A DNA stretch of 64,000 nt, taken from positions 17,284 through 81,283 of the forward strand of contig JBFWOS010000003.1 in NCBI GenBank assembly GCA_050250375.1, given 5' to 3'. The notes below the pieces were generated by a model. It worked only from the letters and a program-made list of their open reading frames with translations, was not told where the DNA came from and did no database searches. How positions within the stretch are numbered: position 1 is the stretch's first letter; the number at the start of each line of letters is the position of its first letter. Below, one piece after another: positions 26,385 through 36,671 of this stretch. This DNA is from Candidatus Omnitrophota bacterium (lineage in GTDB: Bacteria; Omnitrophota; Gorgyraeia; Zapsychrales; Zapsychraceae). The position numbers and the translations under genes are program-made.

Positions 26385-27986
26385 CTATATTATCGCATCT
26401 TCTTTCGAAGCCATATCGAGAAATTGTTTCACTCGACGTGATCTCGTTGGATGTCTTAACTTCCTCAATGCCTTGGATTCTATCTGCCGAACCCGTTCAC
26501 GGGTAACGTTAAATTCACTGCCAACTTCCTCTAAAGTTCTGGTAGTTCCGTCATGTATCCCAAAACGCAACTCAAGAATTTTTCGTTCCCGTTCGTCCAA
26601 TGTGTTTAAGACGGATGTTATTTCGTCTTTAAGCATAGACTGCAAGGTTGCATTGGCCGGAGAAACCGCTTTTTTATCCTCAATAAAATCCCCAAAATGA
26701 GTATCGCCCTCATCCCCAATCGGGGTTTGGAGTGAAATAGGCACTTGAGAAATTTTTAAAATTTCTTTAACCTTTCCGATGGGAATCCGCATTTGTTTAG
26801 CAATTTCTTGCGCCGTCGGTTCACGCCCATACTCCTGAACAAATAATCTAGATACCCGGATAATTTTATTAATCGTCTCAGTCATGTGTACCGGAATCCG
26901 AATGGTTCTCGCTTGATCAGCAATTGAACGGGTAATTGCCTGACGAATCCACCAGGTCGCATACGTTGAAAATTTATATCCCCGCTTGTATTCAAATTTC
27001 TCCACGGCCCGTATCAATCCCATATTCCCTTCCTGAATCAAATCCAGGAAGGACAATCCGCGATTAATATACTTCTTGGCAATGCTGACCACCAAACGAA
27101 GATTTGCCTCAACTAAAAGCTTTTTCGCCTTGTTAAATTTCGATTGACGGATCTTAATAACCCGGAGCTGTTCCTTGACATCGGCGACAGGCTGGCCAAG
27201 CTCATCCAGAAGTCTCGTTTTTTCTTTTTTAAGTTGTGCCTCATTCTGGACTTTTCTTTTACTCTTTAACTTCCGTTCGATTCTTTCAATCTCATTAACC
27301 ATATTGATAACATGTTCCACGATTCCTTCGTTGAAAGAAGCCGTTAGCTTAAACTGGGCCAACAACATCGCAGACTTGTCAGAACCAACCCGGGTACGAG
27401 TAACACTCAATCTGATTTTCTTCAATTCACGAATCAGCTTTGGACGACGGTCCAATTCATCTTTGATAACATCCTCGACATTGACTTCTTCGTTCAAAAC
27501 CTGCTTTATTTTTGTCAACGCTTCTTTGCGGGCATACGTCGTAAAATAAAGTGATTCAGCAAATTTCAGTTCAGCCTCCTCGATACGCTTGGCCAGGTTG
27601 ATTTCATTCTCCCTGGAAAGCAACGGGATCGATCCCATTTGCTTTAGATACATTTTTACCGGGTCATCTAAGGGAATAAACTTGTCAGAATAAACCTCAT
27701 CCTCTTTGCTCTCTTCTCGGACGCGGCGAATTTCCTGCTCTCGAGACTCCTGGTCGCTGTTATCATCCTTGCTACTTTCTTCATCGCTGCTGTCATCTGA
27801 TTCAATAATCTTTATATCTTTTCCATCCAGAATATCAAACACTTTATCGATTTCTTCCGAAGACTCGACAGATTCAGACAACGCTTCATTGACTTCATCA
27901 TAAGTAAGGAATCCTTTTTTCTTACCTAAAGCGACCAATTTTTCAATATCTTGTTGGATATCATCTTTTGGCTTTTGCTTTTTCAT
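26385..27986 (-). CDS. rpoD: RNA polymerase primary sigma factor (sigma-70, RpoD/SigA)
   Basis: Acidic N-terminus, then region 1.2 ([24 protein letters not shown]), region 2 ([36 protein letters not shown]) and region 4 ([29 protein letters not shown]). Confidence 0.9.
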   Translation of the reverse strand: MKKQKPKDDIQQDIEKLVALGKKKGFLTYDEVNEALSESVESSEEIDKVFDILDGKDIKIIESDDSSDEESSKDDNSDQESREQEIRRVREESKEDEVYSDKFIPLDDPVKMYLKQMGSIPLLSRENEINLAKRIEEAELKFAESLYFTTYARKEALTKIKQVLNEEVNVEDVIKDELDRRPKLIRELKKIRLSVTRTRVGSDKSAMLLAQFKLTASFNEGIVEHVINMVNEIERIERKLKSKRKVQNEAQLKKEKTRLLDELGQPVADVKEQLRVIKIRQSKFNKAKKLLVEANLRLVVSIAKKYINRGLSFLDLIQEGNMGLIRAVEKFEYKRGYKFSTYATWWIRQAITRSIADQARTIRIPVHMTETINKIIRVSRLFVQEYGREPTAQEIAKQMRIPIGKVKEILKISQVPISLQTPIGDEGDTHFGDFIEDKKAVSPANATLQSMLKDEITSVLNTLDERERKILELRFGIHDGTTRTLEEVGSEFNVTRERVRQIESKALRKLRHPTRSRRVKQFLDMASKEDAII

Positions 27987-28001
27987 TTGCTCTCCCCAAC
28001 A

Positions 28002-29774
28002 TCAATTCTTAATTGATTGGTTAAATTGTTGTTTTAAAACTTCTAACTTGTTATAGTCTCCGGCATCTTCAGCCGCTTTAATTTTCTCTAACAACTCTTT
28101 TCGGTGGCCCTTAACGCGATCACTTTTAAGACGATTGATGCAATCACGATAAATTTTTCCTTTGTCACCGCTTATTACTTGTTCATCCGTCACAAGTCGT
28201 GTAATAAACCGGACAGTTTCCTGATCGTCAAAACTGTTGATCAACTCCAGACTATTGATGGCTCTTCCCTGACTGAATAAGTCAAACAACCGGGATATAA
28301 TGCTTCTGATCTTAGAATCATAGAAATCTTCTATATTCACATCTTTCTGCATTGATCGAATCAAATCATTTTCTTCCAGAAGCAATTTTAACAAACTGCT
28401 CTCAACAGCCCTTGGAGGGGTTTCCGTCTTTTTGGTTACAATATGTTCCTGTTGAACAGGCTTTCGTATCCCCTCTTGCAGCTTTTTTAATTCAGTTCCC
28501 AAAACAGATTCTGAAATACCCAGATTGACCGCCAATTGCTGTATATACCCGGCCCGTTTAACCGAATGAGTGTACCGGTTAATCGTCGGCAACATCTCAT
28601 CACAAATTTTAGCCTTGCCTTCGACCGATTGTGAATCGTATTTCATGCCAAGCTGCTGCAACTTATAATCGAATAAATTTTTTGATTCACTTATTTTTTG
28701 ACGAAAAAGTTCTATTCCATATTTTCGTATATAAGAATCCGGGTCTTCATCTTTGGCCAGACTGGCCACTTTCACGTTGATCCCTTCTTCTATCAGTAAA
28801 TCAAAACTTCGAATCATCGCCGCTTCGCCGGCTTTATCATTATCATAGAGCATGATGACGTTTTTCGTAAAACGCCTCAAATTTCTTATCTGCTGTTGCG
28901 TCAGCGCCGTCCCGAGTGAGGCGACAATATTCTCATACCCCGCCTGCTGGGGCATGATGCAATCCATATATCCTTCCACGATCACCACGAAATCATTCTG
29001 CGTCACCGCTCCCTTGGCTAAATCAAACCCGTATAAATACTCACCTTTAGTGTAAACATCCGTTTCTGGCGAGTTGATATATTTTGCCCCGGTATTTTCC
29101 TGTGTCCGCGCTCCAAAGGCACGAATCCTAGATTGCGTGTCAGCGATCGGAAAAATAATCCGGTTACGAAAACGGTCATAATATCCTTCTCTATTGTCAC
29201 GGGCGATAATCAGGCCGGCCTGTTCCATAACGCCTAGAGTAATCTCTTTCGGCCTTAAATGCTGCATCAGCCCGTCCCATTGATCAAGGGCAAAACCCAA
29301 TTTAAATCTCTTGACGGTTTCCAACGTTACACCGCGCTGTTTTAAATATTCACGCGCCTGTGCAACATCCGCGCTTTTATCAGAGAGCAAAATATCATGG
29401 TAATAGGCCGCCGCAAGTTCATTCGCCTGAAAAATAATTTCTCTGTTACTTTTCTGGCCGCCCCCACCTGAGATGTCTCTTTCCGGGATATCAATTCCAT
29501 GTTTTCTGGCCAAAAATCTAACCGCTTCCGGGAAATCCAGCCGTTCCATTTGCATAACAAATGAAACAACATTACCGCCGATCCCGCTGGAAAAACAGTG
29601 GAATATCTGTTTGTCCGGGCTGACAACAAATGAAGGGGTCTTTTCATGGTTAAACGGAGACAACCCTTTAAAGTTACGCCCGGCCTTCTTTAACGTGACA
29701 TAGTTTGATACAATTTCAACAATGTCACTCCGGTCAATCACCTGTAAAATTATTTCTTCTGGGATCAGCGGCAT
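28002..29774 (-). CDS. dnaG: DNA primase
   Basis: N-terminal zinc-finger region (IVSNYVTLKKAGRNFKGLSPFNHEKTPSFVVSPDKQIFHCFSSG) and a TOPRIM domain (VIVEGYMDCIMPQQAGYENIVASLGTALT). Confidence 0.9.
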   Translation of the reverse strand: MPLIPEEIILQVIDRSDIVEIVSNYVTLKKAGRNFKGLSPFNHEKTPSFVVSPDKQIFHCFSSGIGGNVVSFVMQMERLDFPEAVRFLARKHGIDIPERDISGGGGQKSNREIIFQANELAAAYYHDILLSDKSADVAQAREYLKQRGVTLETVKRFKLGFALDQWDGLMQHLRPKEITLGVMEQAGLIIARDNREGYYDRFRNRIIFPIADTQSRIRAFGARTQENTGAKYINSPETDVYTKGEYLYGFDLAKGAVTQNDFVVIVEGYMDCIMPQQAGYENIVASLGTALTQQQIRNLRRFTKNVIMLYDNDKAGEAAMIRSFDLLIEEGINVKVASLAKDEDPDSYIRKYGIELFRQKISESKNLFDYKLQQLGMKYDSQSVEGKAKICDEMLPTINRYTHSVKRAGYIQQLAVNLGISESVLGTELKKLQEGIRKPVQQEHIVTKKTETPPRAVESSLLKLLLEENDLIRSMQKDVNIEDFYDSKIRSIISRLFDLFSQGRAINSLELINSFDDQETVRFITRLVTDEQVISGDKGKIYRDCINRLKSDRVKGHRKELLEKIKAAEDAGDYNKLEVLKQQFNQSIKN

Positions 29775-30727
29775 TATCGTTTGAACCTTCTAAATCCTGA
29801 ACACTCAATAATCTCAACCTTACCTTTTTTGACTAACTTATCTAATAATAAATTCATCCCTAAATTATCGCTGGCCATATGTCCGGCATTGACAACCTGA
29901 ATATGTTCCGCCCGAATACTCTTATAATGAGCCTCAGAATAATGCATCCCTAAAAGTGTATCAATCCCCAGTTGAGACATCCGGCCGAATACTTTGGCAG
30001 ACCCCTCGGTCCCGCCAGTCATATCAACGTAGATACGCCCCGCCTTAGAATTCTCTTTTCCAACTAAAATGCACGGTCCGGCCTTATTAAACGTCGCATC
30101 CACATATTCGGGCTCTTTCATCAGTAAATCAACCACATGCTTTAATGTTTTAGGTTTACAATGGTTCATCAATCTTTGTAGATAGGTGGTTACATGATTG
30201 TCTGCCGGTGTATGACAACACATCATCGGAATATCAAGTAATCTGGCGGTGTCGACACTACGTGTATGATTAGCGCTATGCAGTTTACGCGTGACTTCAT
30301 CAATCCTGGACTGCATCAGCTTTTGGGCAATGTTTTCTTCAATTCCGGCATTCATGAGAAAATCCGTCTGCATATGCATGACATCATATAAACCAGCTAA
30401 GGCATGTCCTTCGGGATGATGCGCTAAAATCAAATCAATTTCATCTCCACGATAAGACAACTGATCGGCCAGAACAACCTCAGCCGTATCTATGTCGATT
30501 CCGACCAAAATACGCCTTATCTCACGGTTAAGGTCACCATGTAAAATCCTTGTGTCGGCATAAGGATTTATAAAACTATCTTTATCAAAGAACTTTCTTT
30601 GCTGTTGGTTGGCAGAACGGTACTCTTTCTTCTTTTTTACAAAATACTGGCTTATTTGTATTCCTGTTCGGGGATCTGCCTTAATGCCTTCCCGCACCAA
30701 AAACTCATAAATATCACTTAGTTTCAA
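29774..30727 (-). CDS. Nif3-family (DUF34/YbgI/YqfO-like) dinuclear metal centre protein
   Basis: Conserved His-containing blocks ILAHHP, CCHTPAD and VVNAGHMASD, at a length and spacing typical of the Nif3 family. The apparent start is TTG at 30727. Shares 1 nt with the dnaG start. Confidence 0.55.
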   Translation of the reverse strand: MKLSDIYEFLVREGIKADPRTGIQISQYFVKKKKEYRSANQQQRKFFDKDSFINPYADTRILHGDLNREIRRILVGIDIDTAEVVLADQLSYRGDEIDLILAHHPEGHALAGLYDVMHMQTDFLMNAGIEENIAQKLMQSRIDEVTRKLHSANHTRSVDTARLLDIPMMCCHTPADNHVTTYLQRLMNHCKPKTLKHVVDLLMKEPEYVDATFNKAGPCILVGKENSKAGRIYVDMTGGTEGSAKVFGRMSQLGIDTLLGMHYSEAHYKSIRAEHIQVVNAGHMASDNLGMNLLLDKLVKKGKVEIIECSGFRRFKR

Positions 30728-31326
30728 TACAACCCCTCGTTCGGGACCAAGCTCTCATTTTCAGGTGCCTCTATTTCGACTTCGGGCGGAGAAATAATAT
30801 GATACACCCGGTCATTAAATTTTTCTTTCCGAAAAAGCGGCTTAACCACTCTTTCAAACGTAAAGCTATATGTCGCGATGGATACATTTTTAAAGACTGG
30901 GCTAGAGAAAGCTGATTTTACATCTCTGGAAACAATACCATTGTCGAACATAGCCAAAGCCAAATATACCAACCCGCAATACAAGAAACTTCGAAGTATA
31001 GATAAAGTTAAGCTACCCCATTTCTCAAGAAAATTAGGTGCATTGACCTTAAGTAATGCTTTCCATCCGCCTTGAGAAACAAAAAAAAAGAAAACTGTCA
31101 AACCTGCTAATAAACAAAAAGCAAAACTTTCTTGTATCAGATTTGGCACAAAAAAATGTTTTGCTAGATATACTCCAAAACCCAAAAAATAATGAAGCGT
31201 GATAAAAGTTGCTAATAATGCCCCTACAAAATGGTATATTTCGGACATAAAATCATTCTTTCTTGCCGAATACAAACCTTTTAAAAAAATAGCGGCCATT
31301 AAAATATCTGCCCAGTTAAAACTCAT
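30724..31326 (-). CDS. cvpA: CvpA-family membrane protein
   Basis: The ORF-track start at 31377 is GTG and falls inside the predicted -10 hexamer. An ATG at 31326 gives MSFNWADILMAAIFLKGLYSARKNDF..., which aligns with the E. coli CvpA N-terminus (MVWIDYAIIAVIAFSSLVSLIRGF). It has 4-5 predicted TM helices. Confidence 0.55.
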   Translation of the reverse strand: MSFNWADILMAAIFLKGLYSARKNDFMSEIYHFVGALLATFITLHYFLGFGVYLAKHFFVPNLIQESFAFCLLAGLTVFFFFVSQGGWKALLKVNAPNFLEKWGSLTLSILRSFLYCGLVYLALAMFDNGIVSRDVKSAFSSPVFKNVSIATYSFTFERVVKPLFRKEKFNDRVYHIISPPEVEIEAPENESLVPNEGLY

Positions 31327-31360
31327 ATTTGATCCTATTTTCATTCCATATGAGGCTTGA

Positions 31361-31396
31361 GCGCTCAAGTATACCACACCGAAAAATGGGTGTCAA
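31361..31396 (-). promoter_or_regulatory. near-consensus sigma-70 promoter for cvpA-nif3-dnaG-rpoD (TTGACA, 17 nt spacer, TATACT)
   Basis: Minus-strand TTGACA at 31396-31391, a 17 nt spacer, then TATACT at 31373-31368. The ATG at 31326 with an AGGAT ribosome-binding site lies about 35 nt downstream of the predicted start site. Confidence 0.45.
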
Positions 31397-31577
31397 GGAA
31401 GCGCTTTCCTCATAAAAATTCCATAACATATTGTTATAAATAAACTTATGCTCTGATCAAAAATCATTTTAAATTAATGGATCTTGACAGCACCTCATTA
31501 CGGTGTTATCTTTCAATTCATGAAAATTGAATTTAAGTCTGGTATTTTTTTGCGTTAAAATATAAAATATTTAATAT

Positions 31578-32747
31578 ATGAATAACTCAACAAAAACTGA
31601 CAATTTAAACGACTTACAACTAAACCGGGCCCAAAAAGACTTAAAAATGCTCTATGACATCAGTAATGCGATGCGTACGACGTTAGAGCTTGAATCTATA
31701 CTCTATATTATCCTAACGAGTGTAACGGCCCATTACGGATTAGGTTTCAACCGAGCGATTTTATTTCTTGTGAATTCCAAAGATCGCTGCCTAGAGCCAA
31801 AAATGGCCATCGGACCTGATTCTTTGGAACATGCCCAGAAAATATGGGATTACATTGCCGAACAAAAATATCATTTGGATGATCTTATTAAAGAAGACAG
31901 TATCAGTAACAAAAAACATTCAAGCCTTTTTAAATCCGTCCAAAATCTGAAAATTCCGCTCAATACAGAAACGGAGAATATATTGGCCCACGTCTATCAT
32001 AAAGGGGCCCCGCTACATCTGGATAAAGATCAAATAGAACAATATAAAAATGACCCTTTATTACAGCAGTTCAACACGAATGACTTAGTGGTGATGCCTT
32101 TAAAAGCCAAAGATACGGTCAATGGCATCATTGTGGCGGACAACCTCTATACCCCAAAATCCATTTCCGAGGATGACTTAAGAATGTTCATGATGTTATC
32201 CAACCAAGCTGGATTAGCGATCGAGAATTCTCAGCTTTATGAAAAAATTAAACATAAAAGTTATACCGATTCACTAACCGACGTGTTCAACCATGGATTT
32301 TTTCAGGACAAATTAAATGAAAGCATTAATTCGGCCACTAAAACTAATCAGAATTTAAGCTTAATGATACTGGATATTGATGATTTTAAGAGACTCAATG
32401 ATGAATTCGGACATCAGACAGGCGACCTCGTTTTGAAAATTGTCGCCTCAATCCTAAAAAATTCTTCCAGAGAAAAAGATTATGTTTGCCGTTACGGCGG
32501 TGAAGAATTCGCCATCATCCTAACCGACACGAATAAAAAACAAGCCTATACAATAGCGGAACGCATCCGGAATAATATTGAATCTTATAAATTCGAAAAC
32601 TTACCACATAATTACAAGATCACCGTCAGCATTGGTTTGTCCTCTTACCCGGAAGACGAGGACAATAAGACCGCCCTGATCGCTTTAGCCGACAAGGCCA
32701 TGTATGTTGCTAAGTTCTCAGGAAAAAATCGGACCTGCGTTCATTAG
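31578..32747 (+). CDS. GAF-domain diguanylate cyclase (GGDEF family, GGEEF active-site variant)
   Basis: The only plus-strand gene. The C-terminus carries RYGGEEFAIIL (GG[D/E]EF) with an upstream inhibitory-site-like DIDDFKRLNDEFGH. The N-terminal ~180 aa resemble a GAF sensory domain. ATG at 31578. Confidence 0.8.
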   Translation: MNNSTKTDNLNDLQLNRAQKDLKMLYDISNAMRTTLELESILYIILTSVTAHYGLGFNRAILFLVNSKDRCLEPKMAIGPDSLEHAQKIWDYIAEQKYHLDDLIKEDSISNKKHSSLFKSVQNLKIPLNTETENILAHVYHKGAPLHLDKDQIEQYKNDPLLQQFNTNDLVVMPLKAKDTVNGIIVADNLYTPKSISEDDLRMFMMLSNQAGLAIENSQLYEKIKHKSYTDSLTDVFNHGFFQDKLNESINSATKTNQNLSLMILDIDDFKRLNDEFGHQTGDLVLKIVASILKNSSREKDYVCRYGGEEFAIILTDTNKKQAYTIAERIRNNIESYKFENLPHNYKITVSIGLSSYPEDEDNKTALIALADKAMYVAKFSGKNRTCVH

Positions 32748-35700
32748 ACCCCGGCAGGAATTTCTTCTGCAACTCTTTTCTTCTGCTCATCTGCAAACTT
32801 TACCGAAACGATCTTGGAGATTCCTGTTTCCGGCATGGTGATTCCGTACATCACGTCTGAACTGGCGATCGTTTTCTTATTATGGGTAATAACAATAAAT
32901 TGGGCAATCTTGGCAAAGTCTTGTAGGAGATAACTAAATCGGCCGACATTGGATTCATCCAGAGCGGCATCAATTTCATCGAGCACACAAAACGGTGACG
33001 GGTTAACTTTAAATACACCAAAAATAAGTGCGATCGCCGTCAATGTCTTTTCTCCACCGGAAAGAAGGCTGATATTTTGCAGCTTCTTCCCGGGAGGCCT
33101 GGCAATAATATCAATTCCCGACTCCAAAACATTCTCAGGATCCAACAAAAGAAGCTGGGCTTCACCGCCACCAAACAGCATCCTAAAATAAATCCGGAAC
33201 TCTTCGCTGACTTTTGTAAAAGTATCCATGAACATCTGCCGCGTAGAGCGGTTAATCTTGCTGATTGTACTCATTAACTGAGACTTTGCCTCCAAAAGGT
33301 CGGCCTGTTGTTGGGTAAGAAACTCGAAACGTGTTTTTAGTTCTTCGTACTCATCCATAGCATCAAGATTGACATTACCGTACGACTCGCAGCGCTTTCG
33401 TAATCGGCTCAATTCTTCCTCGATTTCTTCATAATTAAAGATTGGTTGTTCCTCCGTAACATCATTAACCTGGAGAAGGATTTCATCGTAATTAATGCGA
33501 TATGATTGAACCAATCGGTCTTTAATCCCCTTTTCACTGAAACCGAGCTCTTGTTCTGACATCTCTTTTTCGTGCAACCCGTGTTTTATTGATTCCGTTT
33601 CATCTTCAATACCGGTTAAATTCGAACGGATACTGTTTATTTTCTGTGTCATTTCATCTTTTTGGTTTCGGCAATCCCTGGCCAATTCTTCAATCGATTC
33701 TTTCTGGAGACGGAATTCATCGATCTTTGCGATCATCTCATCAATTTCCGCCTCGTATTTCTTTATCTTCGTATCCTGTTGGGATAACTCGTCATCAATC
33801 TTTTTCATTTCTTCCAACCAACTATCCAGCGCCTCGGTGAACATTTTCAAATTTTCCTGCTGGTCATGAATCTTGCTCTGTTCAGAATGGATTTCCGCTT
33901 CCACCTGGGCGATAACAACTATAATTTCCTCATGTTCCTGCGCTTTTGCATTAATGTGCCCTTGTTTATCTTTAATATCACGCTGGCACCATTGGATCTC
34001 CTGATGGATCGATTCCATTTCAAAATTATACTCTTCTTCTTTTTTCTTTGATGAGCCTAAGGTAATATTCACCTCAGTCATTTCGACATCAACCGTTGAA
34101 AGCTCCTCAATTAATTTCTTGGATCCTTCCGAAATATCACCTTTTTGGGCTTCCAGGACAGACCGGGTTTTTTCCTTCGCATATATCTCATCCTCAAATT
34201 CTTGCAGCACTTCTTTCTCAACGGCCAAATCCCCTTCAATCGTCTTTTTTGTCGTCACCAGAGCGGTGATTTCGTGGACAATCCCTTCAATTTGTAAAAC
34301 CAATTTCTGCAAATCAAGCTCAATAAACTTGGCTTCACAGGTGATTTCATACTTTTGTTTTCGCGGGGGTTCGGTCTTTCTGTTAAAATCAAAAAAAGAC
34401 GGCGGAAGTGTTTGTTCGAGAGGAAGGACTTCTTTCACTTTGCCAATAATCCCTGTATGGTGCTGTTGGGGTTTTGTTTCCACAATCAATCGTCCCTCTA
34501 TAATCGGGTCGGGCATCCCTTCATATTGAGTCGTCATACGTTCAATGAATTCTTTTTGAGATCTTAAAAAAACGCACTCTTTTTCTTTGGTATTGATAGA
34601 CTCGTTAACCTGCTCCAGCCGGGTTATCAATGCATTAATCGCAATCTCTTTTTTCTCCCTTTCAGCTTTTAAATCAAAAATTGACCCGTCAATGGTATTA
34701 ATCTGATACCCTATATTCTGCAGTTTTTGGTCAACTTCCTGTTTCTCGTTTGATACTTTCTCCAATTCCAATTCCAAACGTCGTTGCCGGGCCAAAGCGC
34801 CCTGTACTGTTTTCATAACATCCGTTAAATGGGCACGTACTTTTTCCTGGTTCACCATAAAAGAAAGGATTTTATCTTCATCATCCTTAATTCTTTGTTT
34901 CGATTCTTCTACCAGACTTTCAAGAGTGGCCAACGCTTGTTTTTTGTCTTTTAATATGTGTTTGTTTTCCTCACTGGCTTTTAATAATTGCTCAAGCGCC
35001 TGCTTAAAACCTTCGATCTTTTCCTGCTGGATCCGGCAACGGTCAATCAACTGAAGTTTTTGCTCTTTATACCGGATGCCGTTTTGGATCAACGTGTCGA
35101 TGCGTTCTCTGTTAAACCCGATCTGACGGTTATGAATATCCAACTGCCCATCAAGCTTTATCTGTTGGGAATTAATGTCATAAATCTGTTGTTCGATCTC
35201 AGTCAGAAAATTAATTTCATTACTGAGGACTTGAGAAAGTTCATTGTGCTCGGCGATTAAACCCTGCAGTTTTGTTTTCAGGTCGGCGATTTCTTTTTGA
35301 ATGGCTTCCTTTTTCTGGGTAAAATGACCCATTTGGTACCGGGCCATTTTAATTTCTAAATCTTTTAGTTTCTCGAATTCTTCTTTATATTTGCGGGCCT
35401 TATTCGCTTGACGTTCAATCGATCCGATCTGACGCTTGACCTCAATCGTAATATCATTCACACGCAACAGATTGTCCTCAGTACTCTGGAGTTTGCCGAG
35501 GGCTTCTTTTTTCTTGGCCTTATATTTAGTGATTCCCGATGCCTCATCAAAAATCGCACGCCTGTCTTCGGGTTTTGCGCTGACGACCAAATCAACCTTC
35601 CCCTGCTGGACAAGAGAATATGCCGCCGAACCGATACCTGTGCCCATAAACATTTCCTGAATATCCTTTAACCTAACAATAGTCTTGTTAATCAAATATT

Positions 35701-36031
35701 CACTTTCTCCCGATCGGAACAGCCGGCGCGTTACGGTGACTTCATCATATTCAATAGGAAGGACTCTTGAATGGTTGTCAAACGACAGGCTGACTTCCGC
35801 TAATCCCAGGGCAGGCTTAGTCTGCGTGCCGTTAAATATAATATCTTCTTTGGCTGAACCGCGTAATTGTTTGATGCTTTGCTCGCCTAGTACCCAACGG
35901 ATTGAATCAAAAATATTGCTTTTCCCGCACCCGTTCGGACCAACAATCGCGGTAATTCCTTCTTCGAAGTTAAGAATTGTTTTTTCGGCAAATGATTTAA
36001 AACCGAAGATCTCTAACTTCTTAAAATACAT
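32744..36031 (-). CDS. smc: chromosome segregation protein SMC
   Basis: 1095 aa. N-terminal Walker A (FEEGITAIVGPNGCGKSNIFDSIRWVLGEQS), long coiled coils with a central hinge, and a C-terminal signature (LLSGGEKTLTAIALIFG) and Walker B (FCVLDEIDAALD). Confidence 0.9.
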   Translation of the reverse strand: MYFKKLEIFGFKSFAEKTILNFEEGITAIVGPNGCGKSNIFDSIRWVLGEQSIKQLRGSAKEDIIFNGTQTKPALGLAEVSLSFDNHSRVLPIEYDEVTVTRRLFRSGESEYLINKTIVRLKDIQEMFMGTGIGSAAYSLVQQGKVDLVVSAKPEDRRAIFDEASGITKYKAKKKEALGKLQSTEDNLLRVNDITIEVKRQIGSIERQANKARKYKEEFEKLKDLEIKMARYQMGHFTQKKEAIQKEIADLKTKLQGLIAEHNELSQVLSNEINFLTEIEQQIYDINSQQIKLDGQLDIHNRQIGFNRERIDTLIQNGIRYKEQKLQLIDRCRIQQEKIEGFKQALEQLLKASEENKHILKDKKQALATLESLVEESKQRIKDDEDKILSFMVNQEKVRAHLTDVMKTVQGALARQRRLELELEKVSNEKQEVDQKLQNIGYQINTIDGSIFDLKAEREKKEIAINALITRLEQVNESINTKEKECVFLRSQKEFIERMTTQYEGMPDPIIEGRLIVETKPQQHHTGIIGKVKEVLPLEQTLPPSFFDFNRKTEPPRKQKYEITCEAKFIELDLQKLVLQIEGIVHEITALVTTKKTIEGDLAVEKEVLQEFEDEIYAKEKTRSVLEAQKGDISEGSKKLIEELSTVDVEMTEVNITLGSSKKKEEEYNFEMESIHQEIQWCQRDIKDKQGHINAKAQEHEEIIVVIAQVEAEIHSEQSKIHDQQENLKMFTEALDSWLEEMKKIDDELSQQDTKIKKYEAEIDEMIAKIDEFRLQKESIEELARDCRNQKDEMTQKINSIRSNLTGIEDETESIKHGLHEKEMSEQELGFSEKGIKDRLVQSYRINYDEILLQVNDVTEEQPIFNYEEIEEELSRLRKRCESYGNVNLDAMDEYEELKTRFEFLTQQQADLLEAKSQLMSTISKINRSTRQMFMDTFTKVSEEFRIYFRMLFGGGEAQLLLLDPENVLESGIDIIARPPGKKLQNISLLSGGEKTLTAIALIFGVFKVNPSPFCVLDEIDAALDESNVGRFSYLLQDFAKIAQFIVITHNKKTIASSDVMYGITMPETGISKIVSVKFADEQKKRVAEEIPAGV

Positions 36032-36054
36032 GGGCTGGGTATCCTCTCAATTTT

Positions 36055-36315
36055 TTATTTATGATTAAGAATCTCGGTTACGACCTTAACCGTCTCATTC
36101 AAATTTATAAATTTGGCCAATGATTCTTCAGGAATAACAATCCGGTACTTTTTCTCGATGCTGGCCAGTATTTCAAGCGCCATCATAGAATCCATACCCA
36201 AATCTTTAACAAAATGTGCATCGTTTTTTATTGTATTTGAATCTTCTTCCAAAATCTCGGCGACGAGAGCCCGGACTTCTCTTTCAACATCTAAATACTT
36301 ATCTTTACTTAACAT
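36055..36315 (-). CDS. acpP: acyl carrier protein
   Basis: DLGMDSMMALEI corresponds to the DSL phosphopantetheine-attachment motif of ACP, here with Met in place of Leu. The ORF-track start at 36321 is GTG. The ATG at 36315 has an AGGAAGG ribosome-binding site. Position immediately upstream of smc matches the acpP-(rnc)-smc arrangement of Firmicutes. Confidence 0.7.
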   Translation of the reverse strand: MLSKDKYLDVEREVRALVAEILEEDSNTIKNDAHFVKDLGMDSMMALEILASIEKKYRIVIPEESLAKFINLNETVKVVTEILNHK

Positions 36316-36330
36316 CGGCACCCTTCCTTG

Positions 36331-36498
36331 TTATTGACTTTCGAGCCAGGCGTCAATTCTTTCCTTTTTAAAACGCCATTGTCCGACCGTTTTGATCGCA
36401 GGAATTTTTCCCTTTTTCAGCCATTCATAAATTGTCCGTTTTTTGACTCGCAGATAATCGGCCACCTCATCAATTGTCATAATCTCTTGATTCAACAT
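36331..36498 (-). CDS. small excisionase/MerR-type helix-turn-helix DNA-binding protein (49-55 aa)
   Basis: Not in the ORF track because it is under 60 aa. Minus-strand translation is M(LNQEI)MTIDEVADYLRVKKRTIYEWLKKGKIPAIKTVGQWRFKKERIDAWLESQ*, which matches the XIS-type HTH pattern (...ERTIY.LIK.G.IPA.KIG..WRF....L..WL). Candidate ATGs at 36498 and 36480. Stop at 36331-36333, 10 nt upstream of the acpP ATG. Confidence 0.55.
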   Translation of the reverse strand: MLNQEIMTIDEVADYLRVKKRTIYEWLKKGKIPAIKTVGQWRFKKERIDAWLESQ

Positions 36499-36548
36499 AT
36501 TATAAACACTTTAAATTAAATAGGTTATCTTCCCCCGACATAATGAAC

Positions 36549-36577
36549 AATTTATTACAGCCACATAGGCTTGTCAA
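36549..36577 (-). promoter_or_regulatory. putative sigma-70 promoter upstream of HTH-acpP-smc (TTGACA, 17 nt spacer, TAAATT)
   Basis: Minus-strand TTGACA at 36577-36572 and TAAATT at 36554-36549. The -10 is weak, so this is a tentative call. Confidence 0.25.
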
Positions 36578-36671
36578 TGGAATTTCCCTTTTTTTCATTC
36601 TTTAACCTGAATATGTGTTTTCTCTCCATTTTCTGAAATTCCTACAGTAAATCAACTAATATCTTCCAGAA

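Noticed and set aside
31578-32747. Horizontal acquisition of the GGDEF gene from its lower GC
   Set aside because: A hand count gives ~36% GC for the first 100 nt against roughly 40-45% elsewhere. The difference is small and I could not compute it over the whole gene. It is mentioned only as a weak hint in a finding.
36331-36498. Excisionase-like HTH as a marker of a mobile element
   Set aside because: No integrase or transposase anywhere in the window. The flanking genes (fabV, acpP, smc) are core chromosomal genes, so it is more likely a small regulator.
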